From contig JAWCQZ010000003.1 in assembly GCA_038869515.1 (NCBI GenBank), forward strand, positions 126,884 to 190,883: a DNA stretch of 64,000 bases, read 5' to 3'. Shown one piece after another: positions 53,982 through 62,936 of this stretch. Source of the DNA: Halobacteria archaeon. GTDB lineage: Archaea; Halobacteriota; Syntropharchaeia; JACQPP01. The position numbers were made by a program, and so were the translations under genes. Every line of letters starts with the position of its first letter. The first letter of the stretch is position 1. The notes beneath the pieces were generated by a model. It did no database searches and had not been told where the DNA came from. It saw nothing but the letters and a program-made list of their open reading frames with translations.

Positions 53982-54667
53982 CCTCTCCCCTCCCGGCGAC
54001 CGCGCCGCAACAGGCCGCCCACTTCGTGGGCGTCCTCCTGGAATCGGGTCATCAGGGCGGACACCGCCAGGGCCAGCGCCAGCAGGATGCCGCCGAGGGT
54101 CAGGGCGAACTGGAAGTTCCCGGCCTCGGTCTCCAGGACGATGGCGGTGGTGAGGACCCGGGTCCGGTCGGCGATGTTGCCGCCGACGATGATGACCGCC
54201 CCCACCTCCGAAACGGCGCGGCCGAAGGCGACGAGGACTGCGTGGGCGAGTTGGGGGCGGGCCTCGCGGAGAACGGCGCGCACCGCCTCGCGTTCGCCGG
54301 CCCCCAGGGCCCGGGCGGTCTCGGCCGCCTCCGGAGGGACCGAGGCGACGGCGCTCGCGGTGAAGCCGACGACGATGGGGAGCAGGAGGGATGTCTGGGC
54401 GATGACCATCGCCACCGGCGTGAAGAGGAGCCCCAGGTCGCCCAGCGGTCCCGCCTTGCTCAGGAGGAGGTAGACGACGAGTCCCATGATGACCGGGGGC
54501 ATGCCGTAGAAGGCGTGGGTGAATACCAGGAAGGGGAGCCTGCGCTTCGACCGCTGGAGGCCCAAACGGGCGCCGAGAGGGATGCCGATGAGGGAGGCGA
54601 GGAGGGTGCTGGAGCCGGAGACCTGGAGGGTGAGGAGGGTGATTGAAATTACATCGGCCATGCTCAC
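53978..54667 (-). CDS. ABC transporter permease (molybdate/tungstate-type)
   Basis: About 228 aa; 5-6 TM helices; overlaps the ATPase gene by 4 bp; ATG at 54661 or GTG at 54667. Confidence 0.8.
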   Translation of the reverse strand: MSMADVISITLLTLQVSGSSTLLASLIGIPLGARLGLQRSKRRLPFLVFTHAFYGMPPVIMGLVVYLLLSKAGPLGDLGLLFTPVAMVIAQTSLLLPIVVGFTASAVASVPPEAAETARALGAGEREAVRAVLREARPQLAHAVLVAFGRAVSEVGAVIIVGGNIADRTRVLTTAIVLETEAGNFQFALTLGGILLALALAVSALMTRFQEDAHEVGGLLRRGRREGRG

Positions 54668-54723
54668 CCGGAGTGGTCCGGAGTTAATCTAACCTTGCGT
54701 CTCTGCAAGCCCTGAGCGGGAGA

Positions 54724-54749
54724 ATATCACATCTCTCACTCTTCTCTGG
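54724..54749. repeat. 26-bp motif ATATCACATCTCTCACTCTTCTCTGG (copy 2 of 2)
   Basis: Matches 8942-8967 at 25 of 26 positions; overlaps the last codons and stop of the substrate-binding-protein gene and the spacer before the permease gene. Confidence 0.5.
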
Positions 54750-55584
54750 CATATCGAAACGGCCTGAACAGCCCATCTCCGAACGCCCCCACCATCCCCA
54801 GACCCCTCTCCGACAGCAGCCACTCGGCGAACGCCTTCGCCGGGGCGTGGTTCTTCCCGGGGAACCGGGTCTCGTTCAGCAGCAGGACGCTGTAGGTGTT
54901 CAGGAATGCGGGCTCGTCCCCGGGATTGAGCACGTCAAGGTCCAGCCGGCCCCTGTAGGAGCGATAGGTCCCCTCGTCGGTGAGCGTGTAGGCCCCGAGT
55001 TCGAAGGCCTTCTGGAGCGTCGCCCCCATCCCCGCACCCGCCGAGAGGTACCAGGCGTTGGAGGGGACGGAAATCTCCGTCGTGTAGTTGTATCCTGCCC
55101 CCTTCCAGAGCAACTGCTCCCGGGCGTGGGTGCCGGACCGGTCGCCCCGGGATACGAAGGTGGCGTTCCGGTCGTGGATGGCCCGGAAGGTCCCTGCGGC
55201 GTCGAGGCCCCGGACTCCGGCCGGGTCGGCGGGCGGCCCGACCACCTGGAAGCGGTTGGTGGCGAAGGGGGTCCGCGTGAAGTATCCCTCGGCGACCATC
55301 GCCAGTTCCAAATCAGGGTCGTGGGTGAGGGCCATATCCACGTCGCCCCGGCGCGCCAGTTCGATCGCCTGGCCCGAGCCCACCGGGATGAAATACATCC
55401 GGGTCCCGGTCTCGCGGGTGAAGTTCGAGGCGAGGGAATCGAGGAGCCCCGTGTGGACGAGGCTCGTGGTGGTGGAGGCGAGGAGCGGGGGGGGCGGGCC
55501 GAGGGGGCGGAGAATGGGGACCAGAAGCAGCGCCAGCAGGAGGCCCCCCAGGAGAGCCCAGTGCAAAGTCCGGGAAACGCGCAT
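54736..55584 (-). CDS. ABC transporter substrate-binding protein (tungstate/molybdate TupA/WtpA-like)
   Basis: 282 aa; signal anchor; periplasmic-binding-protein fold motifs; first gene of a three-gene ABC operon. Confidence 0.7.
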   Translation of the reverse strand: MRVSRTLHWALLGGLLLALLLVPILRPLGPPPPLLASTTTSLVHTGLLDSLASNFTRETGTRMYFIPVGSGQAIELARRGDVDMALTHDPDLELAMVAEGYFTRTPFATNRFQVVGPPADPAGVRGLDAAGTFRAIHDRNATFVSRGDRSGTHAREQLLWKGAGYNYTTEISVPSNAWYLSAGAGMGATLQKAFELGAYTLTDEGTYRSYRGRLDLDVLNPGDEPAFLNTYSVLLLNETRFPGKNHAPAKAFAEWLLSERGLGMVGAFGDGLFRPFRYAREE

Positions 55585-55621
55585 CGGAAACGCCTTTGCC
55601 GGGATTACTTAAAGCGACATC

Positions 55622-56536
55622 ATGGACGACCCGCGCATCGTCATTCTCGGCGCCGGAGCCGTCGGCTCCCTTTTCGGAGGACTCCTCGCCAAATCGGGCC
55701 TCGACGTGGCCCTCGTGGGCCGCCCGGTCCACATGAAGGCCATCCGCAACCGCGGCCTCCGCATTGAGGGGCTCACCCGCGCCACGGTCCGCCCCCGGGC
55801 CGCCACCCGAGCCCCCGAGGGGGACCTCGTCCTGCTGACCGTCAAGTCCTATGACACGGCCCGGACACTCCGGTCGGTCCGGCTCTCCCGCAACGGCGCG
55901 GTGCTGACACTGCAAAACGGGGTCGGGAACGCAGAGAAGGTCGCGGCCCGCTTCGGTGCGCGCCGGACCCTGGCGGGGGTCACGTCCTGCGGCGCGCTGC
56001 TCGCGGGGCCGGGGCGGGTGGTCCACACGGGGAGGGGGCCGACGGTGGTGGGAGAGTGGTCGAAGGGCGCGACCGTCGGAGCGCGAGAGGTTGCCGCGCT
56101 CTTCAACTCGGCCCGGATTCCGACGAGGGTCTCGCGAGACATCCGGGCGGAGTTGTGGCGGAAGGTGGCGGTGAACGCCGCCATCAACCCGCTCACCGCC
56201 CTCACCGGCCTTCCGAACCGGGCCGTCGCGGAGACGCGGGGGCTGCGAGACCTCGCCGCCGCGGTGGTGGAGGAGGCGGAGCGGGTCGCGCGGGCGCGGC
56301 GCATCTCCCTGGGGCGCGACCCTCTCGGGCGGGTGCTTGAGGTGGCCCGAAGGACCGGGGCGAACCGTTCCTCGATGCTCCGCGACCTGGAGCGGGGGCG
56401 GAGGACCGAAATCGAGGCCATCACCGGGGCGCTGCTGCGGGAGGCGGAGAGAGCGGGGGTGGAGGCGCCGGTCAATCGGTTGCTCTACGAGTTGGTGAGG
56501 TCTCTCGAACGAAAGGCAGATAAGCGGCGGTCGTAG
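55622..56536 (+). CDS. panE: 2-dehydropantoate 2-reductase (ketopantoate reductase)
   Basis: 304 aa; N-terminal Rossmann ILGAGAVG, ApbA/PanE C-terminal domain. Confidence 0.8.
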   Translation: MDDPRIVILGAGAVGSLFGGLLAKSGLDVALVGRPVHMKAIRNRGLRIEGLTRATVRPRAATRAPEGDLVLLTVKSYDTARTLRSVRLSRNGAVLTLQNGVGNAEKVAARFGARRTLAGVTSCGALLAGPGRVVHTGRGPTVVGEWSKGATVGAREVAALFNSARIPTRVSRDIRAELWRKVAVNAAINPLTALTGLPNRAVAETRGLRDLAAAVVEEAERVARARRISLGRDPLGRVLEVARRTGANRSSMLRDLERGRRTEIEAITGALLREAERAGVEAPVNRLLYELVRSLERKADKRRS

Positions 56537-56546
56537 AGGACGGGGC

Positions 56547-56951
56547 ATGGTCAACCGCGTCCGCAAGTTCCGGGGCCTCTCCACCCACGGCAAGGGCACC
56601 CACAAGAACCGGAGGGGCGGCGGCTCCCGGGGGGGCCGGGGGCGCTCGGGGGGCGACAAGCACCACTACCTCCTCTACGGCATCCACTGGGGCAAGCACG
56701 GCTTCACCCGGCCCAACACGAAGCGGGTCCGGGCGCTCTCGCTCCGGGACCTGGAGGAGATGGCCCACCGGTGGGCCGCGGAGGGGAGGGTCAAGAAGGA
56801 GGGGGACGCCCTGCTCCTCGACCTCGGCGCCCTCGGGGTCTCGAAGGTGGTCGGGGGCTGGACCCCCCGGACGAAACTGGTGGTCCGGGGGGGCTCCGTC
56901 ACCGGGGGCGCCAAGTCCGCAATCGAGGAAGCGGGCGGCAAAGTATCCTGA
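56547..56951 (+). CDS. rpl15p: 50S ribosomal protein uL15 (L15P/L27a family)
   Basis: 134 aa; Gly/Arg-rich N-terminus (…NRRGGGSRGGRGRSGG…), C-terminal …AKSAIEEAGGKV. Confidence 0.75.
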   Translation: MVNRVRKFRGLSTHGKGTHKNRRGGGSRGGRGRSGGDKHHYLLYGIHWGKHGFTRPNTKRVRALSLRDLEEMAHRWAAEGRVKKEGDALLLDLGALGVSKVVGGWTPRTKLVVRGGSVTGGAKSAIEEAGGKVS

Positions 56952-56971
56952 CGGGTTGCTACCCGCGGGGA

Positions 56972-57047
56972 CTTGCAAAATCGCGGCCGAGAGAAGCGAG
57001 GCCAGCGATTTTGCCCCGCCCCGAGAGAGCGCAGCGAGCGAGGGGCT
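56972..57047. repeat. Family-1 palindromic element (reverse orientation, 1.5 units)
   Basis: GCAAAATCGC (56975-56984) … GCGATTTTGC (57005-57014) followed by CCCGCCCCGAGAGAGCGCAGCGAGCGAGGGGCTG, the reverse complement of the core at 34380-34409. Confidence 0.55.
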
Positions 57048-57052
57048 GAGAA

Positions 57053-57292
57053 TTACCTGACTTCGACCTTCTCGACCGCTCGCTGGGCCTCGGCCTCCTC
57101 CATCCGCGCCAGTTCGTCCTCGATGGCGGTCTTCGCCGCCATGAGGAGGTCGCGCCGGACGGCCCGGAGGGGGGCCTTGACCTCCTCGGGGACGGCCCAG
57201 AAGAGGTCCACGGGGGGCACGACGCCCCGGACCGCTGCCCGGAGGTGGCCTGCGGCGTTGAGAAGGTGGTCCGCAACGTCTCGGGTGGCCAT
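57053..57292 (-). CDS. Hypothetical small helical protein downstream of the ArsA-like gene
   Basis: 79 aa from ATG 57292; good codon bias; the long track ORF 57053..58234 upstream of it is antisense to the ArsA-like gene. Confidence 0.4.
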   Translation of the reverse strand: MATRDVADHLLNAAGHLRAAVRGVVPPVDLFWAVPEEVKAPLRAVRRDLLMAAKTAIEDELARMEEAEAQRAVEKVEVR

Positions 57293-57327
57293 GGGGGCAA
57301 GGTCCCCCCTCCCCCTTTTGAACCTTG

Positions 57328-58182
57328 TCACTGCTTCGAGGGCGAGAGAGGGTCGCGGCCCCCGTAGAGCCGCTTCGCCAGGGCGGCGGGTCCCTCCGAG
57401 TCTAGGCCGGGGATGTGGACCCAGGGCACCGAGGGGAGCACGCTCTCCATCCCCTCCCGGAACTCCTTCGACAGCGGGGAGCCGACCGCGGCGGCGAAGT
57501 CGGGCCGGAGGCCCGCGACGCGGTCGAAGCCGGGGGGGAAGCAGCGGCCCGCGGGGACCACGACCCGCGCGGTGCACTCGCGGGACCTCAGCCGCTGGAA
57601 CGCCTGCCGGGCCCGGACCTGGGCGCGCTCGACTTCGTGGAGGACCTCCTCGTCCGGAAGGGGGAACTTCCCAAGGCCCCCGAGCATCAGTCCGAGCCTC
57701 AGGGGCGGCATGACGTAGCGCCGGACCGGCCAGTAGAAGCGGCGCATCCCCTCGTCGAAGTCCCCGAGGCCCCGGACCAGCCGCGCCGTGTCGCGGGGGG
57801 GAAGGTGGCAATCCACCACCGCCGCGTCGAAGCCCTTCATCTGGCCCAGTTGCATGAAGGCCGATGTCGCCTCGATGCCGAGGGAGTCGAGCATCTCCTC
57901 GGGCTTCACCTTGTTCCACGCGGCGAGGCGGTGGAGGTAGCGCCACCCCGCGGGCCAGTGCTTCCGGAGCTCCCCGAAGATGTCGGTCTGGGCGACCCGG
58001 AGGTTCTTTCCCACCTCCGAGGGCTCCCCGTTGAACTCTTCCTGGAAGTGCTCCTGGAACGCCCCGGGTCGAGTGGTGATGAGCAGGGTGTCGTGGCCCG
58101 CCGCCGCGCAGGCCCACGCGGTGGCGGAGGCGACGGCGGTCTTCTCGCGCTCGCCGTGGCCCGCCACGAGGAGGGTCCTCAC
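57328..58182 (-). CDS. ArsA/GET3/ParA-superfamily ATPase-like protein with degenerate P-loop
   Basis: 284 aa from GTG 58182 (MRTLLVAGHGEREKTAVASATAWACAAAGHDTLLITT…); P-loop position reads GHGEREKT instead of GKGGVGKT; track start 58278 is a TTG extension across a TATA-like element. Confidence 0.55.
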   Translation of the reverse strand: MRTLLVAGHGEREKTAVASATAWACAAAGHDTLLITTRPGAFQEHFQEEFNGEPSEVGKNLRVAQTDIFGELRKHWPAGWRYLHRLAAWNKVKPEEMLDSLGIEATSAFMQLGQMKGFDAAVVDCHLPPRDTARLVRGLGDFDEGMRRFYWPVRRYVMPPLRLGLMLGGLGKFPLPDEEVLHEVERAQVRARQAFQRLRSRECTARVVVPAGRCFPPGFDRVAGLRPDFAAAVGSPLSKEFREGMESVLPSVPWVHIPGLDSEGPAALAKRLYGGRDPLSPSKQ

Positions 58183-58313
58183 GGGGGGGTCCTTCCCGGG
58201 GTCCGGGGCGCGGCGGCCATCCGCGGGATTCCACCTCCCCCGTTTAAAAAGCGAGGGGGGCCGCGCGTGCCCCTCCAAACAAATATTTAAGAAGGCCCGC
58301 CCAACGTCGTTCC

Positions 58314-58718
58314 ATGGCCACCACCCTCTCGGAGCCCCTCGGTGCCCGGGAACGGGACGAGAACAAGAGGAAAATCCAGCAGGAGCTCGTCGTCATCGAG
58401 CAGGCCAAGAAGGCCGCCAAGGAGATGCGCCTCAAGAAGGAGCAGCTCGACGCCCTCGAAATCCAGGGCCGGCGCCTCGAGGACAGCCTGAAAATCGTGG
58501 AGACCGGGTACCCCCTGTTCATCGAGGTCCAGGACGAGCGCGCCCAGCGCATCGCCCTCTCCTTCTACACCAAGCCCCTCCCCCCGGAGGTCATCATCCG
58601 GCTCCGGGAGCTCCAGGGGAAGGAGGTCTTCACCGACTTCGAAATCATCGAGCGGAGTGGCGATACCTTCCTCCTCGGGCGCTACGGCGAGTCCCGCGCC
58701 CTCGTCGCCAAGTGGTAA
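58314..58718 (+). CDS. Hypothetical protein
   Basis: 134 aa; ATG about 25 bp after TATA-like AAATATTTAAG; strong codon bias; no family recognised. Confidence 0.5.
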   Translation: MATTLSEPLGARERDENKRKIQQELVVIEQAKKAAKEMRLKKEQLDALEIQGRRLEDSLKIVETGYPLFIEVQDERAQRIALSFYTKPLPPEVIIRLRELQGKEVFTDFEIIERSGDTFLLGRYGESRALVAKW

Positions 58719-58726
58719 GCCGGCGA

Positions 58727-59731
58727 CTACTTCTTCGCGGGGGACTGCCGCTTCATCATCTTCCGCAGGTCCGCCCCGACCCTCTCGAGGGGGTGGTTGC
58801 GCTCCTCGTCGCGCATCCGCTTCATCGTCGGCATGCCCGCCCTCTGCTCGGCGATGAGCTCCTTCGCGTAGTTGCCGCTCTGGATGTGCTTCAGGATTTT
58901 TCCCATCCGCTTCCTGGTGTCGGCAGTCACCACGGATTTTCCGTGGAGCCGGCCGCCGTACTCCGCGGTCGTGCTGACGCAGTCCCACATGTGCTCGATG
59001 CCGCCCTCCTGGATGAGGTCCACGATCAGTTTGAGCTCGTGGAGGCACTCGAAGTAGGCCGCCTCGGGCTGGTAGCCCGCCTCGACAAGGGTGTCGAAGC
59101 CCGCCTTGACGAGTTCCGCCGTCCCGCCGCAGAGGACCGCGATCTCCCCGAAGTGGTCGGTCTCCACCTCCTCCTTGAAGGTGGTCCGGAGGACGCCCGC
59201 CCGGGTGGAGCCGATGGCCTTCGCCCACGCCAGGGCGGTCTGGAGAGCCTTTCCGCTCGCGTCCTGGTGGACCGCGACCAGGCAGGGCACGCCGAAGCCG
59301 TTCTGGAACTCCCGGCGCACCGTGGGCCCCGGAGCCTTGGGGGCAATCATGACGACGTCGCACTCCTTCGGCGGCAACACGAGGCCGTAGTAGACGCTGA
59401 ATGCGTGGCTCACTCCGAGGGTCTTGCCCGCTTTCATGTGGGGGTGGATGGAGTCGCGGTAGACCGCCTCGTGAGTCTCGTCGGGGGAGATGAGGATGAC
59501 GAGGTCGGCCCGCTTCGCGGCGTCGTCCACCAGGGTCGCCTCGAAGCCGTCCCTCTCGGCCTCGGCCCAGGAGGGGCTGCTGCGGTTCCGGAGGCCGATG
59601 AGAACCTTCAGGCCCGAGTCCTTCATGTTGAGGGCCTGGTGCCGCCCCTGGGAGCCGTAGCCGACGAATGCGACGGTCTTGCCCTTCAAGGGGTCCAGGC
59701 TCGCATCCGCGTCCGAATAGGATTTCGCCAT
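58727..59731 (-). CDS. ilvC: Ketol-acid reductoisomerase
   Basis: 334 aa; GYGSQGRHQALN Rossmann motif and conserved C-terminal knotted domain. Confidence 0.9.
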   Translation of the reverse strand: MAKSYSDADASLDPLKGKTVAFVGYGSQGRHQALNMKDSGLKVLIGLRNRSSPSWAEAERDGFEATLVDDAAKRADLVILISPDETHEAVYRDSIHPHMKAGKTLGVSHAFSVYYGLVLPPKECDVVMIAPKAPGPTVRREFQNGFGVPCLVAVHQDASGKALQTALAWAKAIGSTRAGVLRTTFKEEVETDHFGEIAVLCGGTAELVKAGFDTLVEAGYQPEAAYFECLHELKLIVDLIQEGGIEHMWDCVSTTAEYGGRLHGKSVVTADTRKRMGKILKHIQSGNYAKELIAEQRAGMPTMKRMRDEERNHPLERVGADLRKMMKRQSPAKK

Positions 59732-59758
59732 CCGGGAGAGATGCGGCCCGGGTATATA

Positions 59759-60826
59759 TCACCAGCGCCGCGCCGCCATCCAGCCGGGGACCCTATCGCG
59801 CCGGCCCGCCGCGATGTCGGCGCATAGTTTCGCGGCCAGGGTCGCGTACCCGAACCCCGTCCCGCAGAACCCGGCGCACGCCAGGATGCGGGGGCTTCCC
59901 GGGACCGGACCGGCGGTCGGGAAGCCGTCGGTCCCCCAGTCCACGGCCCCGACCCACCCGCCGCCGATCGGGCGTGCCCGGGGAAACGCCCTCCGCAGGA
60001 AGGAGCGGAGAAGGGGGCGGGAGGGACCGCCGACGAGGAGCCGGGCCGGACCGGCGGGCCTCCAGTAGAAATCCCCCGAGCGGCAGGTGCCGTGGGGCAG
60101 GGGCCGGGGGAACGGCACCTCCGACACGACGCTCCGGCAGGGCGCCACGGCACGGGCCAGCCGGGGCAGGAGGAGGCCCAGCCGCGCCGATGTGGCGGCC
60201 ACCACGGTCCCGCACCGGACCTCTCCGCGCGATGTGGCGACGCGGACTCCCCCCGCGCCGGCCCGGAGTGCGGTTGCGGCGACGCGCTCCCGGAGGGCGG
60301 CGCCCTCGGCCTCCGCAGCCCGGGCGAGCCCGCGGACGAACTCCCCGGGGTTGATGAGCCCCTCTCCGTCCACCTGCAGGGCGGCGGCGAACGCCTCCGG
60401 GAGGGGACCGGAGTAGGGCCGGCCGCGGAACCCGTCGCGGCGAAGGAGGGGGAGGCTCTCCCGCAGGGCCCGCGCCTCCCTCGGGTCCAGGGCAACGCGA
60501 AGCCCTCCGCGTTGCGCATAGCCGCAGCGAAGGGAGAGCCGGTTCACCAGCAGTCGCACGAGCCGGTGGTTCTCCCGGGTGAAACGCCACACCTCGCGGA
60601 CCCTTGCGCGGCCATAGCGCTCGGCGCTCCGCGAGTAGGGCTCCCCCAGGCCCAGAGTGATGAGCCCCGTTCCCCGCCCCGTCGCTCCCGAGGCGAGCGT
60701 CCGGGCCTCGAGGAGGAGCGTATCGAGGCCGGCCCGGGCGAGGAACCAGGCGGCGGAGACCCCGGCGAGGCCGCCGCCGACGACGACCGCGTCGGCGCGC
60801 GGGGGGAGGGGGTCAGAGAGGACCAT
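59759..60826 (-). CDS. FAD-dependent oxidoreductase (DAO family)
   Basis: 355 aa; N-terminal VVVGGGLAGVSAA dinucleotide-binding motif. Confidence 0.8.
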   Translation of the reverse strand: MVLSDPLPPRADAVVVGGGLAGVSAAWFLARAGLDTLLLEARTLASGATGRGTGLITLGLGEPYSRSAERYGRARVREVWRFTRENHRLVRLLVNRLSLRCGYAQRGGLRVALDPREARALRESLPLLRRDGFRGRPYSGPLPEAFAAALQVDGEGLINPGEFVRGLARAAEAEGAALRERVAATALRAGAGGVRVATSRGEVRCGTVVAATSARLGLLLPRLARAVAPCRSVVSEVPFPRPLPHGTCRSGDFYWRPAGPARLLVGGPSRPLLRSFLRRAFPRARPIGGGWVGAVDWGTDGFPTAGPVPGSPRILACAGFCGTGFGYATLAAKLCADIAAGRRDRVPGWMAARRW

Positions 60827-60871
60827 GGACGCTCAAATCGGGGGTCTTCCGACCTTTCGCATTCAGGTCCG

Positions 60872-61198
60872 CTACCCCTCCGCCCACTTGCCTTCCCCTT
60901 CCCACACCCGGAGGAGGAAGGGGAACTTGACGCGGGACTCGAGGCGCCTCTTCAGGGCCAGGCAGATGTTCTCCACGCTCGGGTAGTCCATGAAGTCGTT
61001 CATGTCGCGGTGGTCATACTCGGCCAGGGTCTCCCGGAGGGCCCGCTTCATCTCCGCGAAGTCGAGGATCATGCCGTCTTTGGGCGTCCCCTCCAGGACG
61101 AGTTCGACCCTGTAGGTGTGGCCGTGCTGGCGCCCGCAGCGGGGGTGGCCGGGGAGGTGGTGGGCGCAGTCCATGTACTCCACGATTCCGAGTCGCAT
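60872..61198 (-). CDS. queD: 6-pyruvoyl-tetrahydropterin synthase / QueD-family protein
   Basis: 108 aa; C-x-HHL…HGHTYRVEL zinc-binding motif. Confidence 0.8.
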   Translation of the reverse strand: MRLGIVEYMDCAHHLPGHPRCGRQHGHTYRVELVLEGTPKDGMILDFAEMKRALRETLAEYDHRDMNDFMDYPSVENICLALKRRLESRVKFPFLLRVWEGEGKWAEG

Positions 61199-61299
61199 CC
61201 CCCACCTGGGACCGGCGAGGTCCTTAAAGGCTCCAGGGACCGGTGGCGGGAGCCATGGAAATGCTTTTATATACCTCGGCCATTTTCGGCACAGCCATC

Positions 61300-61572
61300 A
61301 TGGCAAAAGCCGAACTCCGGAACTTCGTCCTCGTCGAAGGCAGCAAAGAGGTCGGCATCTTCACCGGGCGCTCCCCCCGGCAGGCGGCCCTCAAGGCGGC
61401 CAACCGGGGCTACACCACCATCGTCCTGCGGGAGCGCGGCACGAAGAAGCAGCACCTCTTCACCGGGGGGAGGAAGCAGGTCGCCGCGCCTGCGAACCGC
61501 CCCTCGTGGATGCCCGAGAAGATCTGGAAGCCCTGGGTCAAGAAGAAGGGCATCAAGAAGCTCGACAAGTAG
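61300..61572 (+). CDS. Chromosomal protein MC1
   Basis: 90 aa from ATG 61300, about 28 bp after TATA box TTTTATATA (61264-61272); …RNFVL…GIFTG…PRQAALKAANRG…LRERGTKK…NRPSWMPEKIWKP matches MC1 as I recall it; track start 61243 is a GTG extension with poor codon bias. Confidence 0.8.
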   Translation: MAKAELRNFVLVEGSKEVGIFTGRSPRQAALKAANRGYTTIVLRERGTKKQHLFTGGRKQVAAPANRPSWMPEKIWKPWVKKKGIKKLDK

Positions 61573-61733
61573 GCCCGCCGTCGAGCGTCGAGTCCACCAC
61601 CGGCCACTTTGGTTTTTGCTGAAGTTCTGGCGTTTCCCGCACCGCGGGGGAGCGGTGGATGCCCCGAAACGGGGAGTCACTGCCAGCGATCCCCCGAGGG
61701 GGCCCCTGCGGGCCCCCCTCCCCCGGAGACAGA

Positions 61734-61818
61734 CGCCGGAGAGGGGACTTGAACCCCCGATTCCCTTGCGGGATAGCAGTTTTCAAGACTGCCGCAATAG
61801 CCGCTATGCGACTCCGGC
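61734..61818 (-). tRNA. tRNA-Ser (anticodon UGA)
   Basis: Reverse complement folds as GCCGGAG acceptor stem, anticodon loop CUUGAAA (anticodon TGA), long variable arm, T-arm GGGGGTTCAAGTCCCCT, 3' CTCCGGC plus discriminator G; no encoded CCA. Confidence 0.8.
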
Positions 61819-61822
61819 TTAT

Positions 61823-61860
61823 TTTTTCGAGAGCGCGGACGTCCGCCCTCTCGAAAAAAT
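61823..61860. repeat. 38-bp perfect palindrome between the mptA stop and the tRNA-Ser 5' end
   Basis: TTTTTTCGAGAG-CGCGGACGTCCGCC-CTCTCGAAAAAA; possible bidirectional terminator and/or tRNA promoter context. Confidence 0.45.
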
Positions 61861-61861
61861 G

Positions 61862-62839
61862 TCAGCGCCCTGATGACTTCCCGTTGAGTTCCTTCCGCAA
61901 CTCCCCGAGGGTCGCCACACGCTCGGCGAAGGCGTCGTGCTGGTGGATCGACTCCTCGTTGGTCTGCTTGATGGTGACCAGGGCCGTGTCGGGCAGTTCG
62001 CGCATCTCGGCCACGAGGCGCCGGGCCATCTCCCGGACGCAATCCTCGACGAACATCGGGCGGCGGTGGGCCTCCTCGACAACGTGGGCTTCGTCGGGCC
62101 GCTTCAGCAACTCGAAAATCTCCATGCTCATGGACCTCGCGATGATGGAGATGAGCGGGTCGAGGGGGACCCGGACCCCGTTGGAGACCTCGACGGCGAT
62201 CGAGCCCCGGCCGCGCTGGTTGTGGGTCGCGGCGGGCAGGATCTCGACCACCTTCGAGGCGGTGGCCGCGGGGATGCCGTGCTTCCGCAGGGCGTCGGCG
62301 GCGTGCTCCCGGACCATCTCCTGGGCGCAGGGGCAGGCGGTCATCCCGACCACCTCGGCGCCGAGCATCTTGCGCCCCCGGTCCCGCCGGTCCTGGACAG
62401 CGCGGGCGAATACATCCACCATCCCCTGGCACGGGATTCCGGTCACGGGGGTCTTCCGGCGGACCATGTACTCCGCCCGCATGCGGACCTCGGCCCGGTC
62501 GGCGTATTCGTGGCGTTCGAGGAGGCGACCCGCCACCTCCTCGCAGAGGTCGCAGGGCGATTCGTAGCGCGGGTCCCGGACCGCCTCCTCCAGGACCTCG
62601 TTCATCACCTCCATGTTCCGGCTCAGGTTGGCGCCCTTGAGGGCGGCCGGCAGGTCCACGTAGAGGTCGAAGGTGGAGACGAGGACGACGGGCCTCTTGG
62701 CCCCGGTCCGCGACAGCTCCACGAGCTTCTTGACACCGGCAATGCCGACGCGGGAGAGCTTCATCTGGACCTGGGGGCGCAGGCCCTGGATGTCGGGCAG
62801 GCCGGACTCGCTCCGGGGGTCGCCGGCGGGATGCGCCAT
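61862..62839 (-). CDS. mptA: GTP cyclohydrolase MptA/FolE2 family
   Basis: 325 aa from ATG 62839; FolE2/MptA-like conserved Cys/His region (…GMTACPCAQ…); adjacent to a PTPS/QueD-like gene. Confidence 0.7.
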   Translation of the reverse strand: MAHPAGDPRSESGLPDIQGLRPQVQMKLSRVGIAGVKKLVELSRTGAKRPVVLVSTFDLYVDLPAALKGANLSRNMEVMNEVLEEAVRDPRYESPCDLCEEVAGRLLERHEYADRAEVRMRAEYMVRRKTPVTGIPCQGMVDVFARAVQDRRDRGRKMLGAEVVGMTACPCAQEMVREHAADALRKHGIPAATASKVVEILPAATHNQRGRGSIAVEVSNGVRVPLDPLISIIARSMSMEIFELLKRPDEAHVVEEAHRRPMFVEDCVREMARRLVAEMRELPDTALVTIKQTNEESIHQHDAFAERVATLGELRKELNGKSSGR

Positions 62840-62936
62840 GGTGCTCCTGCTCCGGACGCAGATTAAGACTTCCCCGCCCCGCCATTTTGAGAGGCGCGGG
62901 GCAACAGGTTTTAGACCGGTCCGCGGAAGGCGGGGG

